A DNA stretch of 64,000 nt from Leucoraja erinacea. Lineage: Eukaryota. Location of the stretch: assembly GCF_028641065.1 (NCBI RefSeq), contig NW_026576883.1, positions 248,001 to 312,000 of the forward strand, in the 5' to 3' direction. The notes under the pieces are model-generated. The model made no database searches and was not told where the DNA came from. It saw only the letters and a program-made list of their open reading frames with translations. A program made the translations under genes and the position numbers. How positions within the stretch are numbered: position 1 is the first letter of the stretch; each line of letters starts with the position of its first letter. Shown in pieces: positions 1-13,585 of the stretch.

Positions 1-204
1 CCTCTCTACATTCCCGCCAGACAGTCCTGAGATCCCATAGATTCAGCGGGAGGCCAATTAGTTTCTGAACAACAACAGCTGGAACAGAGGGAACATTTAC
101 TAAGTTCTGAATTACTGGTAAATGCAGCATTTATTTCTGAAATGTCACCCACCATTTTGTGACTGGGCACTTTCACTTCACCAAACTGTAGTGTAACCGC
201 TCAC

Positions 205-2452
205 CTTCAGAAACTCCACACTGTCTTTTTGATCCATCTGTTGCTGCAATGTAAAGAGATCCTGATGAATGTATTTTAAATTCCCCTCAATCGCTTCAAG
301 ATTTTTCTCCATTGTATTTAGAATCTTCTTCTCTTCCTCTTGGATATCTGCCAGTGTGCGCTGCTCTTTCTCAGTGAGAATCTGGTGCAGTTCAGCAAAC
401 TGGGATGTGATCTTGGACTGAAGGTTGTGTGATTGTTCCTGGGAAATAAAAGGTGAAGATCAACTGGTTGTGTTTCCTCACGACTTTGACCGTAACATTT
501 GTCCCGGGCATTTTTTATTTGCTTTGGCAATTCAATTCTTTGTCGAAATGTTTCTGAAATATTGTGACGGTAATCTTATAACCCATCAATCCTCTACCCC
601 CAATGCAATTCCCTGCTGCCTATTCCTTTTCACGTGCCCTATAATTCCAATTCATCCACCCACCACCCACTTTCCCAGGGATAATTTACAGTCGCCGATT
701 GACCATTGAACCAGCGTGTATTGGGGACGTGGAAGGAATCCGACACCGTCTCAGGAATAAGGCGTGAAGGCTGCCCTATTATTCACGCATCACAGGGATC
801 AAATCTACAAAAGATCAGGAAATCTAAATTGGGTGACACAAAGCTGGGTGGCAGTGTGAGTTGGACAAATTGGGTGAGTGGGCAGATGCATGGCAGATGC
901 AGTTTACTGTGAGGTTATCCACTTTTGTAGCAAAAAGAGATTACTATCTAAATGGCGTCAATTTGGGAAAAGGGGAAGTACAACGGGAATCTGGGGGTCC
1001 TTGTTCATCAGTCAATGAAAGTAAGCAGGTTACACAAAAAAGCTGGAGAAACTCAGCGGGTGCAGCAGCATCTATGGAGCGAAGGAAATAGCTGCACCCG
1101 CTGAGTTTCTCCAGCTTTTTTGTGTAACCTTCGATTCTCCAGCATCTGCAGTTCCTTCTTAAACAATGAAAGTAAGCATGCAGGTACAGCAGGCAGTGAA
1201 GAAAGCAAATGGCATGTTGGCCTTTATAACAAGAGGAGTTGAGTGTAGGAGCAAAGAGGTCCTTCTGGAGTTGAACAGGGCCCTGGGGAGACCACACCGA
1301 GAGTATTGTGTGCAGTTTTGGTCCCTTAATTTGAGGAAGGACATTCTTGCTATTGAGGGAGTGCAGTGTAGGTTTACAAGGTTAATTCCCGGGATGGTGG
1401 GACTGTCATATGCTGAGAGAATGGAGCGACTGGGCTTGTATACTCTGGAGTTTAGAAGGCTGAGAGGGGATCTTATTGAAACATATAATATTATTAAGGG
1501 TTTGGACACGCTTGAGGCAGGAAACATGTTGGGGGAGTCCAGAACCAGTGGCCACAGTTTAAGAAAAAGGGGTAAGCCATTTAGAACGGAGACGATGAAA
1601 CACTTTTCCTCACAGAGAGTTGAGAGTCTGTGGAATTCTCTGCCTCAGAGGGCGGTGGAGGCCCGTTCTCTAGATATTTTCAAGAGAGAGCTAGATAGGG
1701 CTCTTAAAGATAGCGGAGTCAGGGGATATGGGGAGAAGGCAGGAACAGGGTACTGATTGGGGATGATCAGCCATGATCACATTGAATGGCGGTGCTGGCT
1801 CGCAGGGCCGAATGGCCTCTACTCCTGCGCCTATTGTCTATTGTCTAATGTAAAGCCTCACCAGAACTCCAGAAATCTTCTGTTTCTGTTGCTGCTCCAT
1901 TTGCTGGATCTCTGATTCCTTTTTTGTGAGAGACTGGAAGGAAGCTTTAACCTGATCCTGGGATTGTGTTTGAAAATCAGAGAATAAAAGTGTTAGACAA
2001 TAAAAATGGAATTAAACAATGATGCGATCAACATCGATTTTCTTTACCTTGTAGAATTCTGCAGCTTCTGTTATCAGCGTGAAGCGGTGATCTCTGTGTT
2101 CCTGCCCGGCTGCACAAATCACACAGATCAGCTTCTTGTCTGTTTCACAAAACAGCTTCAGTTCTTCCCGATGTTTCTCGCACTGAAGTTTTTTCTCTTC
2201 CGTGTTCAGGCTCAATTCTCTAGCTTTCTCAGACAGTCTCGCCAAGGCCCAATTCACCCTGAGGGTGCGGTCTGTAAACTCCTCTCTACATTCCGGGCAG
2301 GAGTTTCTCCCCTCCCTGTCCCAACTCTGTGTGATGCAGGAGCGGCAGAAGTTGTGCCCACAGTCCAGTATAACCGGATCAGTGAAGAAATCCAGGCAGA
2401 TGGGACAAATTATCTCCGCGGTCCAACTCTCCACCTGGTCGTTCGAAGCCAT
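205..2452 (-). CDS. TRIM gene A (RING/B-box/coiled-coil), partial: exons 1-3 only, the rest lies left of the window
   Basis: Exon1 2452-2048 ([35 protein letters not shown]; CEKH..C..C..H..H B-box; 405 nt, 6 nt shorter than paralogs), exon2 1957-1862 (96 nt), exon3 438-205 (234 nt). GT/AG boundaries match the paralogs. Confidence 0.9.
825..1847 (+). mobile_element. CR1 LINE 3' fragment (RT C-terminus and tail) in gene A intron 2
   Basis: ORF 1166-1756 with CR1 motifs (RPHxEYCVQFWS, RRLRGDLIETY, WNSLP) and a ctattgt tail. It interrupts intron sequence that is continuous in paralog E (~36990-37010). Confidence 0.9.
1028..1164. mobile_element. Short hairpin-forming non-autonomous element (Penelope-associated terminal sequence) nested in CR1
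   Basis: ggttacacaaaaaagctggagaaactcagcgggtgcagc and its reverse complement; flanked by the direct repeat aatgaaagtaagca (1014-1027 / 1165-1178). Confidence 0.7.
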
Positions 2453-2959
2453 TCTTCCTGACTCCTCCTCTACCCGGCTCATAAAATCACAATCCCATTC
2501 CCTGAAAGACTGACCCCCACTCTCCCCCTTCTCCCCCCCCCCGCCCCCTCCTGCAGTACCGCATGTGTTCACTGCTCACGCAGCCGTCTCGGGGAATGAA
2601 TGTAATTCGGCTGCAAGTGTTCAGTGTGAAGATGCAGAAACGTGGAACTGCAGATGCTGCTTCACAACAAAAAGGCACAAAGTGCTGGATTAACTCAGCG
2701 GGTCAAGTAGCACCTCTGGAGAACATGGACAGGTGATGTTTCGAGTCTGGATCCTTCTTCAGACTGATTGTAGGGGCGGTGGGCGGGAGATGGAAGAACG
2801 ATGGAGGAAGGGGGCAGGACAAAGCCTGGCTGGTAATAGGTTGACACAGTTGAGGGGGAGAGGGGGGAGTTGATCGGCAGACGGGTGGACAAAGTCCAGA
2901 AATGAAAGACAGAAAGTGTGTGACAAAATGATCGAGGACTTGCGAATTGTGTCCTGATC

Positions 2960-3517
2960 TTAGAAACACAGAAAATAGCTGCAGGTTTAGGCCATTCGGC
3001 CCTTCGAGCCTGCACCACCATTCAATATGATCATGGCTGATCATCCAAATCAGTATCCTGTACCTGCCTTCTCTCCATACCCCCTGATCCCTTTAGCCAC
3101 AAGTGCCACATCTAACTCCCTCTTAAATAAAGCAATGAACTGGCCTCAACAACTATTTTTTGTGGCAGAGAATTCCACAGATTCACCACTCTCTGTGTGA
3201 AAAAAAAATTCTCATCTCGGTCCTAAAAGACTTCCTTCCCCCTTATCCTTAAACTGTGACCCCCTTGTTCTGGACTTCCCCAACATCGTGAACAATCTTC
3301 CTGCATCTAGCCTGTCCAACCCCTTAAGGATTTTGTAAGTTTCTATAAGATCCCCCCTCAATTTTCTAAATTCCAGCGAGTACAAGCCGAGTCTATCTAG
3401 TCTTTCTTCATATGAAAGTCCTGCCATCCCAGGAATCAGTCTGGCGAACCTCCTCTGTACTCCCTCTATGGCAAGAATGTCTTTCCTCAGATTAGGAGAA
3501 CAAAACTGTACGAAATA
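2960..3517 (-). mobile_element. CR1 LINE 3' fragment
   Basis: ORF 3212-3727 contains VQFCSPNLRKDILAIEGVQRRF..LRGDLIETYKI; tail tagaaacacagaaa near 2960. Confidence 0.88.
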
Positions 3518-3519
3518 CA

Positions 3520-3720
3520 CTTCAAATATTCTTCTCCTCAGACGGCCAAAGGTTGTGCAGATACACTGAAGCCGCTGGTGAATTTCACCATCAATGTCTG
3601 CCTTCCTCTGGGAAGAGGAGCGCCGGCCACAGGACCCGAGGGTCACCATCGTTACGACCATTTTTAATGGAAGGAGACAAATCCACCCGCAGAAACTATG
3701 GAGGGTTCTTCTCCCGCTCT
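3520..3720 (-). mobile_element. Old RTE-like LINE fragment carried in the duplicated TRIM 5' flank (also ~14190-14370 and ~60430-60620)
   Basis: Translates KADIDGEIHQRLQCxCTTFGRLRRRVFED, resembling an RTE RT-downstream segment; present at the same position in three paralogous flanks. Confidence 0.55.
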
Positions 3721-3923
3721 CTACCACAGGGAGGGGTCAGTTACATATTAAACTGTCCTGAATATAGATGAAAGCGGAGAGTAGCGCTTGGGACAATATA
3801 AACAAGGTTAACAGTTGGAAAAAATACAGAGTGGAGTTCCAAGAACGTTGGCAAGATTTATGACCCTGCGCGAAAGGGAGAGGTTGGGCAGGGTAGGACT
3901 TTATTAATTGGAGGGTATAGAAG

Positions 3924-4592
3924 TGTGGTATTTTTATATTTGATGTTCTTGGTGTTTGTAATATTGAGGCATTTAACTTTTATACTTTGGTGTATATTTA
4001 TAAATTGGAAACTCTGCTTGTCTGTACTCTATGTGAAGGCCTTTGTCCCCTGTAACCTGCTTGATTGTTTTTTGTAAGAGATAATGGAGACTCAAGATCC
4101 TCTTGTAGCCATTAACGTAAATCATTGGTGACAGTTATATGACCTTGGTATCAAGCCCTAGCTAGGAGAAATAAGGGGCCCAAGAAAGGGAAAGACATGC
4201 GGTTTAAACTAAAGATCATATAGCTCGCTATCGGATCTTTGGTTTAAATAAGGGTGGATTACGGAATGGGAAATAACTGGGAAGGAGGAGAAAAGTAGGG
4301 AATCGTTGCTTGCAAGTGATTGGTTATCGATAAGGGAATATTTGCAAGTGATTGGTTATCGATAAGGGAATGTTTGCAAGTGATTGGTTATCGATAAGGG
4401 AATGTTTGCAAGTGATTGAGTATGGAAACGCACCGGGGTTGGGACACACAGAGTGCCATAAAATGGGGCAGCTCTTGGTTTGGAGAGAACTCTCGAGTGA
4501 TTTACTCTTTGAATGTTCCAGCCTCGATTTGTTTGAACTTCTTGAAGAATTCTCTGCGTGGCCTGAGTTGATTTTGAGTATCAGTAACCACA
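3924..4592. mobile_element. Probable solo LTR
   Basis: Ends TGTGGT...ACCACA (inverted, TG..CA), flanks agaag/acaag (imperfect 5-bp duplication), internal 30-bp CCAAT-containing tandem repeat at ~4310-4420; absent from paralogous flanks (~14590, ~25410). Confidence 0.6.
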
Positions 4593-4644
4593 ACAAGCAT
4601 AGGAGGTGTATGGGATCGAGAGGTGACTGGATAGGGTGAATGCA

Positions 4645-4785
4645 CACGGAGCACCTGGAGGAAACCCAAGTGGTTACAAGGAGAACGTGCAAACTCCGAA
4701 CAGACAGCACCCAAGGTCAGGATCGAACCCTGGTCTCTGGCCCTTAGAGACAGCGGCTCTACCCGCAGCTCCAGAGTACCTCAGA
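4645..4785 (-). mobile_element. tRNA-derived V-SINE/HE1-like SINE (related copies ~16800-17105 +, ~17990-18165 -, ~52215-52420 -)
   Basis: Reverse strand reads ..ccagggttcgatcctgaccttgggtgctgtctgttcggagtttgcacgttctcc..gggtttcctcc: a B-box followed by a V-domain-like core. Confidence 0.65.
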
Positions 4786-5249
4786 AATATTAACCCTTTC
4801 CAGACACTGTATACCACCCAACCTGCTGAATGCCCACAATGTTTTCTGTTTTTTGTTGGCAGTTTATGGTCAGTCTCACATTCCAATAACCCATTCAACT
4901 GGCAAATATTTTTTTTTAAACACAGATGCTGAAAGTCTAAATGGAAACACCATTCATCATCCGTATTAGATCTGAAATGTAAGGTGTGTTTCACCTTGCA
5001 GATGCTGCCTGACCTGCTGAGTATTTGGGGCAATTTCTGCTTTTATTCCACAATTTAAGACATGCATTTGGTTTGAGCCGCAGGTGTGGTAACGGGTCAC
5101 AAAAGTCACTTATTAAATCAGATTCCCGCTGTTTCTGCAATTGTCAAAGTTAATTCTCAAAGTTACAGCTGGTCTGTGGTCGCACCACGTGGCTTTGCTG
5201 CCGTCTAGTGGTGGAACCAAGAAGTGACGCAGTTAACGCGTTGAAATGA

Positions 5250-6768
5250 ACGGATCGACAGACAGACAGACAGCTCTGATTCCAGTTGCTGTTTATTTCA
5301 CTCTTCCCACATTTACATTCCCCCTGGTTTTATTTCCGCGCTCACTGGGGTTTCACGACGTGTAATTTGGGGATTAAATGGGAGCCGTTCGTTCAGCGCC
5401 GACCTGTTGTCCACCGGGTTTCAGCCCCACAGCCCCTGAGCCCCGCTCCTGGCGCCGGTCCCGGGACCCGACCCGACCCAACCGGAGCGGAACCGGAGCA
5501 GATTCTCAGCCAGTTTCCATCACAAGGCCAGAAGAAAGGATAAAGTTTCTCCGTGAATTTATTCCCAGTGAAGGTGTGGAGATGGGACTTGGTGTCCGCG
5601 TCGTAAAATGAAACTGTCCCGGACTCGTAACTGAGGTAAACTCCCAGCCTCCTGGGAATGGGACGGTGCCAACTCCCCGCCACCTCCACCTTCCAGTAAT
5701 ATCATGCAGACAGAAAGTAGATATTGCCGCAGAGATGTAGAACGATGGGGGAAAGCACAAGGAATGTTCATGAGAATTACGCCATAACTGAGAGGATGGA
5801 ACTTAATGAAAAGACTGGGCAGGTTGTGGGATTTCATCTTTGTATTGTATTGTATTCAAATTTATTGTCATTGTCTCAATTAGAGACAACAAAATTAATT
5901 TCCCTTTACAGTCAGTATCATAAAAATTAATAAATAATAAATATTAAAACATATTAAAAAAAATAAAATAGAATTTAAAAAAAAGCACAAACACAGAAAG
6001 TCCACAACGCAACACAACACAGTGGCACCAAGGTGAGGAAGGCACCATTGTCCAGCCAGCCTCCCCTCCGATCTTCCCAGATGTTCATCCGTGGTCGGGT
6101 CCTTCCGAGCACCCGCAGTCACCGCCCCGGGTGGCCCGATGTTCAGGCCCTCACGCCGGGCTGGTGGAACGCCGACGCCGATCCCCGACGGTGAACATCC
6201 TCCTCCTCAGCGGCCCAGACCTCCTGATCAGCCGCCTCCCGCAGCCGGTGTCCGCAGCTCCCGAATCCGCAGGCCGAGCCGGGCAGAGTCGCAGGACCCC
6301 ACGATGTTGGTCAGCGCCGCCCAAACATCCGGAGAAGATGTCAGGAATGATGAGAGGGAATTTAAGTTTATCGGCAGATTTAAATGGGTGGGGATGAAAT
6401 AATATCTTAAATTGAAGGGGAAACCAATAATCAAAGCTGAAATGTAACGTGGTCTTCAATAAATACCGAAAGGAATGCAGTCATGACAACATGGACCTCA
6501 CTTGCATTGGAGGGACTGAAGCCAACAGCAGAAATAAATTTAAGTGCAAGCGGGAATTTGGGGTATTGTTACCGGGTGTGGTGAGTAGATGGGAGGGATG
6601 ATGAGTGGAGCAGAAATCTGACTGGATAGGATGGGCCGAATGGCCTGTCTATGAAGCAGAATGGGATGTCATTCTATGGTGAAACAAGATGGACAAAAGA
6701 AACAGAGCAAATTCCCCCAAGGTGACCACCCACTGCTGATGGGAACCGGATATAGATGACCAATCTGA
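5250..6768 (-). pseudogene. TRIM remnant: 3' UTR plus internally deleted SPRY exon fused directly to intron-3 sequence
   Basis: 5480-5700 encodes EVAGSW|[38 protein letters not shown] with ~140 nt missing and the stop codon lost. 5701-6768 matches intron 3 of D/E/F (e.g. 21757-22345). Confidence 0.85.
5840..6330 (-). mobile_element. LINE 3' end with microsatellite tail (Rex1/L2-like), 5'-truncated
   Basis: tgtattgtattgtattcaaatttattgtcattg tail; interrupts gatttcatct|ggagaagatg, which is continuous in paralogs. Confidence 0.55.
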
Positions 6769-6839
6769 TCACGTGACCGCCCATATTCAGCAGCTCCATG
6801 TCAGAGAAAACACTTTGAACCAGGAAGTGCAGGATTAAA

Positions 6840-9800
6840 ATGGCTGCGAAAGACCAGGTCGAGAGTTTAACTGAAGAGGTAGTTTGTCCCATCTGCCTGG
6901 ATTTCTTCACCGATCCGGTGACACTGGAGTGTGGGCACAACTTCTGCCGCTCCTGTATCACACAGAGTTGGGACAGGGAGGGGAGAAACTCCTGCCCGGA
7001 ATGTAGAGAGCAGTTTACAGACCGCACCCTCAGGGTGAATCGGGCTTTGGCGAGACTGTCTGAGAAAGCTCGAACACTGAGCCTGAATCTCAAAGAGAAG
7101 GAAAGTAAACTTCAGTGCGAGGACCATCAGGAAGAACTGAAGCTGTTTTGTGAAATGGACAAGAAACTGATTTGTGTGGTTTGTGCAGCTGGACGGGAAC
7201 ACAAGTCTCACAGCTTCATGCCGGTTAAAGAAGCTGTTGAAATCTACAAGGTAAAACAAAATGAACTTCGATCACTTCATTGTGTAATCTTTTTTTTTAT
7301 TGTCTGACATATTCTCTTATCTGAAACCCAACCCCAGGAACAGGTGAAAGCTTCTTTCGAATCTCTCACAGAAAAGAAATTAGAGATCGAGAAAATGGAG
7401 CAGAAACAGAAAGAGAGCATTTCTGGAGTTCAGGTGAGGCTTTGTACTGTCGATTTCATTATTTTGTGTAGTTTTGATCCCTGTGATGTCTGTAATTATG
7501 GGCACCTCTATAGAGCTCAGTAGTCGAGGACCTGAGATCTTGGGAGCGGTTGGGCAGCCAAGGACTTTGCTCCCTGGAGCGCAGGAGTCTGAAGACTGAT
7601 CTGTGGCAGGTGTATAATATCACGAAACAAAATGTCAGGGTGAATACTCAGTCTTTTACACTAAGTGGGGCGTTGAGCATGCAAGGGTATAGGTTTAAGG
7701 TGAGAGGGAACAGATTTAATATGAACATTAAGGGCAACTTTGATAGTGGGTATATGGAACGAGCTGCCAGGGGAGGTAGTTGATTCAGGTACCATAACAA
7801 TATTTAAAAGATATTTGAACAAATTCATGGAGAGAAGATTTTAGCACCAGGTGACCAAATGCGGACAAGTGGAAATAGCGCAGATGGGACGTGTTGGTCG
7901 ATATCTAACCCCCTTTGCTCTATGACTCTATGAAGTCGGTCATTCTAAGTGTTGCTGCTGTCTGCTAGTTCTGGGGACCTGGTTCTGTCTAGTGAGGGTT
8001 AATGGGCACATGAAATGGAATAGGTTGCAGGGAATTGTACTGGGGAAATGGGAATGATGTGCTTGTACATTACTTTCACCAAATATTTCAGAATTATCAC
8101 GACGAGCCCTTGAATTGCCAAGGTAATGAAAACTATGGATTAAATAGATGGAGATGGGATTAGTGTAGATACGTACAGAGCCCAGCATAGACATGTTGGG
8201 CCGAAGGGCCTATTTCTGCACTTCAGGACTAGAGATTCAGTTGTTAAATGTCACCTTCCATGTCACGAGGAAACACAGCAGAGTGACACAATATATTGAT
8301 TCTCATCTTTCATCTGACAGGAAGCATCACGCAATCTTCAGTCACAGACCACATCCCAGTTTGCTGAACTGCACCAGATTCTCACTGAGAAAGAGCAGCG
8401 ATTACTCGGAGATGTCCGGGAAGAAGAGGAGAAGATTGTAAAAACAATGGAGAAAAATCTTCAAGAGATACAAGAGAATTTAAATTCCATTCAGGAGGAA
8501 CTCTCAAAGTTACAGGAGCAGATAGACCACAAGGACGGAGTGATATTTCTGAAGGTGAGGGGTTACACTACAGTTTGGTGAAGTGAAAGTGCACAGTCAC
8601 AAAGTGGTGGGTTAAAATTTCAGAAATAAATGCTGCATTTACCAGTAATTCAGTACTGGGTCAATGTTCCATCTACTACTCACCACATCCGACAATAATG
8701 CCCCAAATTCCAGGAATCCTCGTGTATTTATCCTACTTCAACTTCAATTTATCTGCAATGTTGTCTTCAGGCCACCCTGTGAGTTCCACGTTCTGTTTAC
8801 TGCATTTCTTGTGGAATTTATTAAAGGCCATCATACATTTCAGGATTTATTTTTCTTTTCCCCACAAGTAGTGATAATATTTCCAACCCCCGCCCATTTA
8901 AATCCAGCACTGATCTTAAAATATTCCATCCCATTATCTCTGACATCTTCTCCAGATAAAATCCCACGACCTGCCCGGTCTTACTCGTAAGTTGCATACT
9001 CGCAGTTATTTTCATCGACATTCCTAATGCTTTCCCCCGTGTTCGATGTCTCTACGACAATATCCACTTTCTGTCTGTGTGACAGTGGCAAAGAGTTGGG
9101 AAATGGGAATTATCAGAGGGTATTTTGTAGCAATCTAGTGAAATACTCGCCGTCGGGATCATTCCGATCCATCTCAGTCTATTGAGATTTGTGTTTTATT
9201 TATTTCAGGAGAAAGCTGGTTGCAAGAGCAGGTAGGACATGCTTTTGACTGAAACTTTGTATGTTTTTATAGTACAGCTCAAAACAGCTCATGCTCAGTT
9301 TATAACCAGCTGTTCTTTACTCAGAGAGTGGTAGCGGTGTGGAATGAGGTTCCAGTGGAAGTGGTGGAGGCAGGTTCGTTGGTATCATTTAAAAATAAAT
9401 TGGATAGGCATATGGATGAGAAGGGAATGGAGGGTTATGGTATGAGTGCAGGCAGGTGGGACTAAGAGAAAAAAGTTGTTCGGCATGGACTTGTAGGGCC
9501 GAGATGGCCTGTTTCCGTGCTGTAATTGTTATATGGTTATATATGGTTAAATATTTGCAGGGTTATTGATGAAACCAAATCAATGTTGGTGGTAGATGGC
9601 GTAATGCCCATTGAAAAGTATGATCGCACCTTTTTCTACAACGTGGCATTGAGAGAAACATCTGATATCATCAATCGAGGTAAAACTAATACCTTTCCCA
9701 TTGTTCATTTTTAAGACATCTTTATGCAATACTTATATGTGAAGGTTAATGGTATTAATGGACTCTGGAGAAAGCATCACAGAGACAGAGAGTGAAGTTT

Positions 9801-12800
9801 GTTTGCACTTGAGCAAATCCTTGCTCCTGAGAGAATGGGTTTGCTGTGCTGGGTGAAATTGCGTAGACTAGGCCTGTGTATTCGAGAGTTCAGGTATATT
9901 AGAGGAGATCTCAGTGAAAGTTCTTACAGGGCTCAGTGGGCTGGATCCAGGGAGGATGTTTCCCCTGTCTGAGGAGTCTGAAGCCAGCGGAAACTCTCTC
10001 AGAATGTGGGCTGGACCATTTAGGACAGAGACAAAGAGACATTACTGCACGCAGAGACTGGGCAACCTTTGGAATTCCCTGCACCGATAACTGTGGATAA
10101 TCAGTTATTCCGTGCTCTTGGAGCCAGAGAGCCATGATTATACATTACGGAGTCAGGCCCTTCGGCCCATCACATGAATGTGACATGAACAATCCATCAT
10201 TGTACCGGTACCACAAAATACCTCCCCAGCCTGTCTGAATGACTACCGTCCAGTGGCCCTTACCTCGGTTGTCATGAAATGCTTTGAGGAGCTGGTGAAG
10301 AAACACATCTGCGCCTTCCTTCCTTGGAACATGGACCCGTTGCAGTTCACATACCGTCCGAACAGATCCACGGACGATGCGGTCTCCCAGGTCTTGCACA
10401 CTGCTCTCTCCCATCTGGACAGGCAGAAGGGGGGCTACGTGAGGATGCTGTTCATAGACTACAGTTCAGCCTTCAACACGATAGTCCCCACCAGACTGGC
10501 CGGGAAGCTGCTGGAATTGGGGCTAAACACCTCCCTGTGTGCCTGGGTCCTGGACTTTCTCACTGCCAGGCCCCAGGTAGTCAAGATGGGAGGGAATACA
10601 TCGAAGTCCCTCACCCTGAGCACAGGATCGCCCCAGGGTTGCGTCCTCAGCCCCCTATTGTGCTCCCTGTACACACACGACTGTGTGGCTAGGTTCAGCT
10701 CCAACTCATTAATTAAGTTTGCTGATGACACTGTGGTGGTGGGCCTGATCTCAGACAACGATGAGAAGGCCTACCGGGAGGAGGTGGCTGATCTAGCACT
10801 CTGGTGCCAGGATAACAGCCTCCTCTTGAACATCAAAAAAACGAAGGAGCTGATCATGGACTTTAGGAGGGCACATCATCCGAGGACGTACACTCCATTG
10901 AGGATAAATGGGGATCCTGTGGATAGGGTGAACTGTTTTAAATATCTGGGAGTCCACATCTCCGAGGATATGACATGGGCATCACACGCCTCAGCACTCG
11001 TGAGTAAGGCAAGGCAGCGCCTTTACCACCTCAGGCAATTGAGGAAATTCAGAGTGTCTCCGAGGATCCTCCAGTGCTTCTACGCAGCGGCGGTGGAAAG
11101 CATCTTGTCCGGGAACATTACCATCTAGTTTGGGAATTGCTCTGCCAAGGACAAGAAGGCTCTGCAGAGAGTAGTGCGTTCAGCCGAACGCACTATGGGA
11201 ACTTCACTTGCCCCCCTGCAGGATCTATACATCAGGAGGTGCACCTCCAGAGCCAACAATATCATGAGAGACCCCTTCGACCCCTGCAATGGACTGTTCC
11301 AGCTGCTACGGTCAGGCAAACGCCTCCGTTGCCATGCGGTGAGAACGGAGAGGTTGAGAAGGAGTTTCTTCCCAGAGGCCTTTCGGACTGTAAACGCCTA
11401 TCTCACCAGGGACTAACTCTACTGAACGTTTTTCCTTCCATTATTTATTATGTAAAAGAATATGTGTGTTATGAGTGTGTTTACAGTTTGATTGGTTGTT
11501 TGTCTTTTGCACAAAAGTCCGTGAGCATTGCCACTTTCATTTCACTGCACATCTCGTATGTGTATGTGGCAAATAAACTTGACTTGACTTGACTTGACCT
11601 TTTTCCCCAGCTACACAAATCCCATTTGCCCACATTAGAACCATATTATTCTACACCTCGTTTGCTAAATCGCGATGCCTCTTACATGTACTGATTACAT
11701 CTGATTCCACCACCTCCTCTGGCAAAATATTCCAGGTATTAACAACTCTTTGTGTGAAGAAAACTGTGTCCCCCAGTAATGATATACCTGCATGACAATA
11801 AGGTTTAGATGAATGAGCCTATATCCCGCCGCAGACTTTGACAGACATCTTTGGTATCCACAACATTACCTGTTCTCCACAAACACCTCCTACATTCACA
11901 TCCAACCCTTGAAAACATAAAATAAACAGCAAAGGTTGCAGCACCGATCTCTGCTGCACTCCACCAGTCACAGACCTCCAACCAGCAAAATCATCCTTCT
12001 ACCTCCAACCACCAAGACAATTGTGGGTCCATTTTACCAACTCGTCTTGGATCCCACCTGCATTCGATTTCTGGAAATCTTACATGCAAAACGTTGTCAA
12101 GTCCCTCTGTGAAGTTCATATATTGTTTCACAATGAGATCAGAGTGTTCTTGGTTGTACAGACGCATCAAATCCACGCTCCACTATAGAAAGCAAGTAAA
12201 GAGTAGCAGATGGCCTCGTGCGTCCAGTCCACTCCCGTTCAGTATGATCACAGCAACTCCACCCCACATCCCTACATCCTCTTTAACCACCTCTAATTAC
12301 CCCTCACATCCGTCTCCTCATCTTCCAATCTGCCTCTCCTTTGCCATCTACTGATATTTGAATACCCGCCTTATTTCTCCATCGCCACCCGCAATATCTC
12401 GTTCATCCTCACTTTACGTATTCATTTTCCCCGTCCGCACGTCCCCGCCCCCTCCTGTTCCCGATAACCCGCAGAATCCCCCCTCTCCTCCCCGGTTGTC
12501 AAACTCCTGGAATGATGTCTGTTTTCCATCCGATGTGGTTGTGGGTGAAACCCCGGGCAAGGTGTCAGGTATCAGTTGTCCGCCCGCCTGTGCCCGAGTC
12601 TCCCCCTGTCCCCCGGGGACTCTCTGATTCTCTGCTTCTCCCCCCAGTCTCCGTCATCCTGGATGTGGAAACAGCGTATCCGGTGCTCGAGGTGTCTGAG
12701 GATCGGAAGAGGGTGAGACTGACCGGACCCGAGAGGCGTCTCCCTGACACCGGGAAGAGGTTTACATACTGGCCGTGTGTGCTGGGATCGGAGGGATTCA

Positions 12801-13177
12801 CATCGGGGAGACATTACTGGGATGTGGAGGTGGCGGGGAGGCGGTACTGGAGTCTGGGAGTCGCCGCAGAGTCTGTGGAGAGGAAGAGACAGGTCACACT
12901 GACCCCGGAGACTGGAGTCTGGAGCATCTGGCGGCAGGGTGACGAGTTTAATGCAGCCGCCTCGCCTCTATCCCCTCTCCTCGCCCGTCCCATCCTCGGG
13001 AGGGTGGGAGTTTATCTCAGTTACGAGTCGGGGACAGTTTCATTTTACGACGCGGACACCAAGTCCCATCTCCACACCTTCACTGGGAATAAATTCACAG
13101 AGAAACTTTATCCTTTCTTCGAGACTTATGAAGACCAGTGGCTGAGAATCTGCTCCGGTTCCGCTCCGGGTGTGTAA
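6840..13177 (+). CDS. TRIM gene B, RING/B-box2/coiled-coil/PRY-SPRY E3 ligase (TRIM27/39/69-like class), 470 aa, intact
   Basis: Exons 6840-7250, 7338-7433, 8321-8554, 9209-9231, 9561-9679, 12648-13177 total 1413 nt, open frame, GT-AG introns. PRY-SPRY motifs [49 protein letters not shown] near 13324 and 13362. Confidence 0.93.
10180..11598 (+). mobile_element. Rex1/Babar LINE, 5'-truncated, in gene B intron 5
   Basis: ORF 10253-11128: [11 protein letters not shown], DPLQFx[31 protein letters not shown] premature TAG at 11126 is followed by the continuing frame (ORF 11174-11416); aataaa(cttga)n tail. Confidence 0.9.
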
Positions 13178-13585
13178 AAGGGTCGGGTCCCAGGACCGGT
13201 GTCAGGAGCGGGGCTCAGGGGCTGTGGGGCAGAAACCCGGTGGGCAACAGGTCGGCGCTGAATGAACGGCTCCCATTTAATCCCCAAATTCCGCGTCGTG
13301 AAACAAACCCCAGTGAGCGCGGAAATAAAACCAGGGGGAATGTAAATGTGGGAAGAGTGAAATAAACAGCAACTGAAATCAGAGCTGTCTGTCTGTCTGT
13401 CTGTCTGTCTGTCGACCCGTTCATTTTAACGCGTTAACCGCATCCGGCAACGGAACAGAAATTACTTTTGTGAAAATATAAAGATTGAAACAATCTCCCT
13501 TCCCGCGGGTTCAGCAGCAGCCGCGGGCGGCGGGTCCTGAGCTCCGGGCTCCCCCCCCCCCCTTTAACTTGGAGGCAGGTAAAAC

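Noticed and set aside
2006-2513. Antisense ORFs recurring over each RING exon
   Set aside because: They are shadows of the conserved sense coding sequence and recur only because the exons are near-identical.
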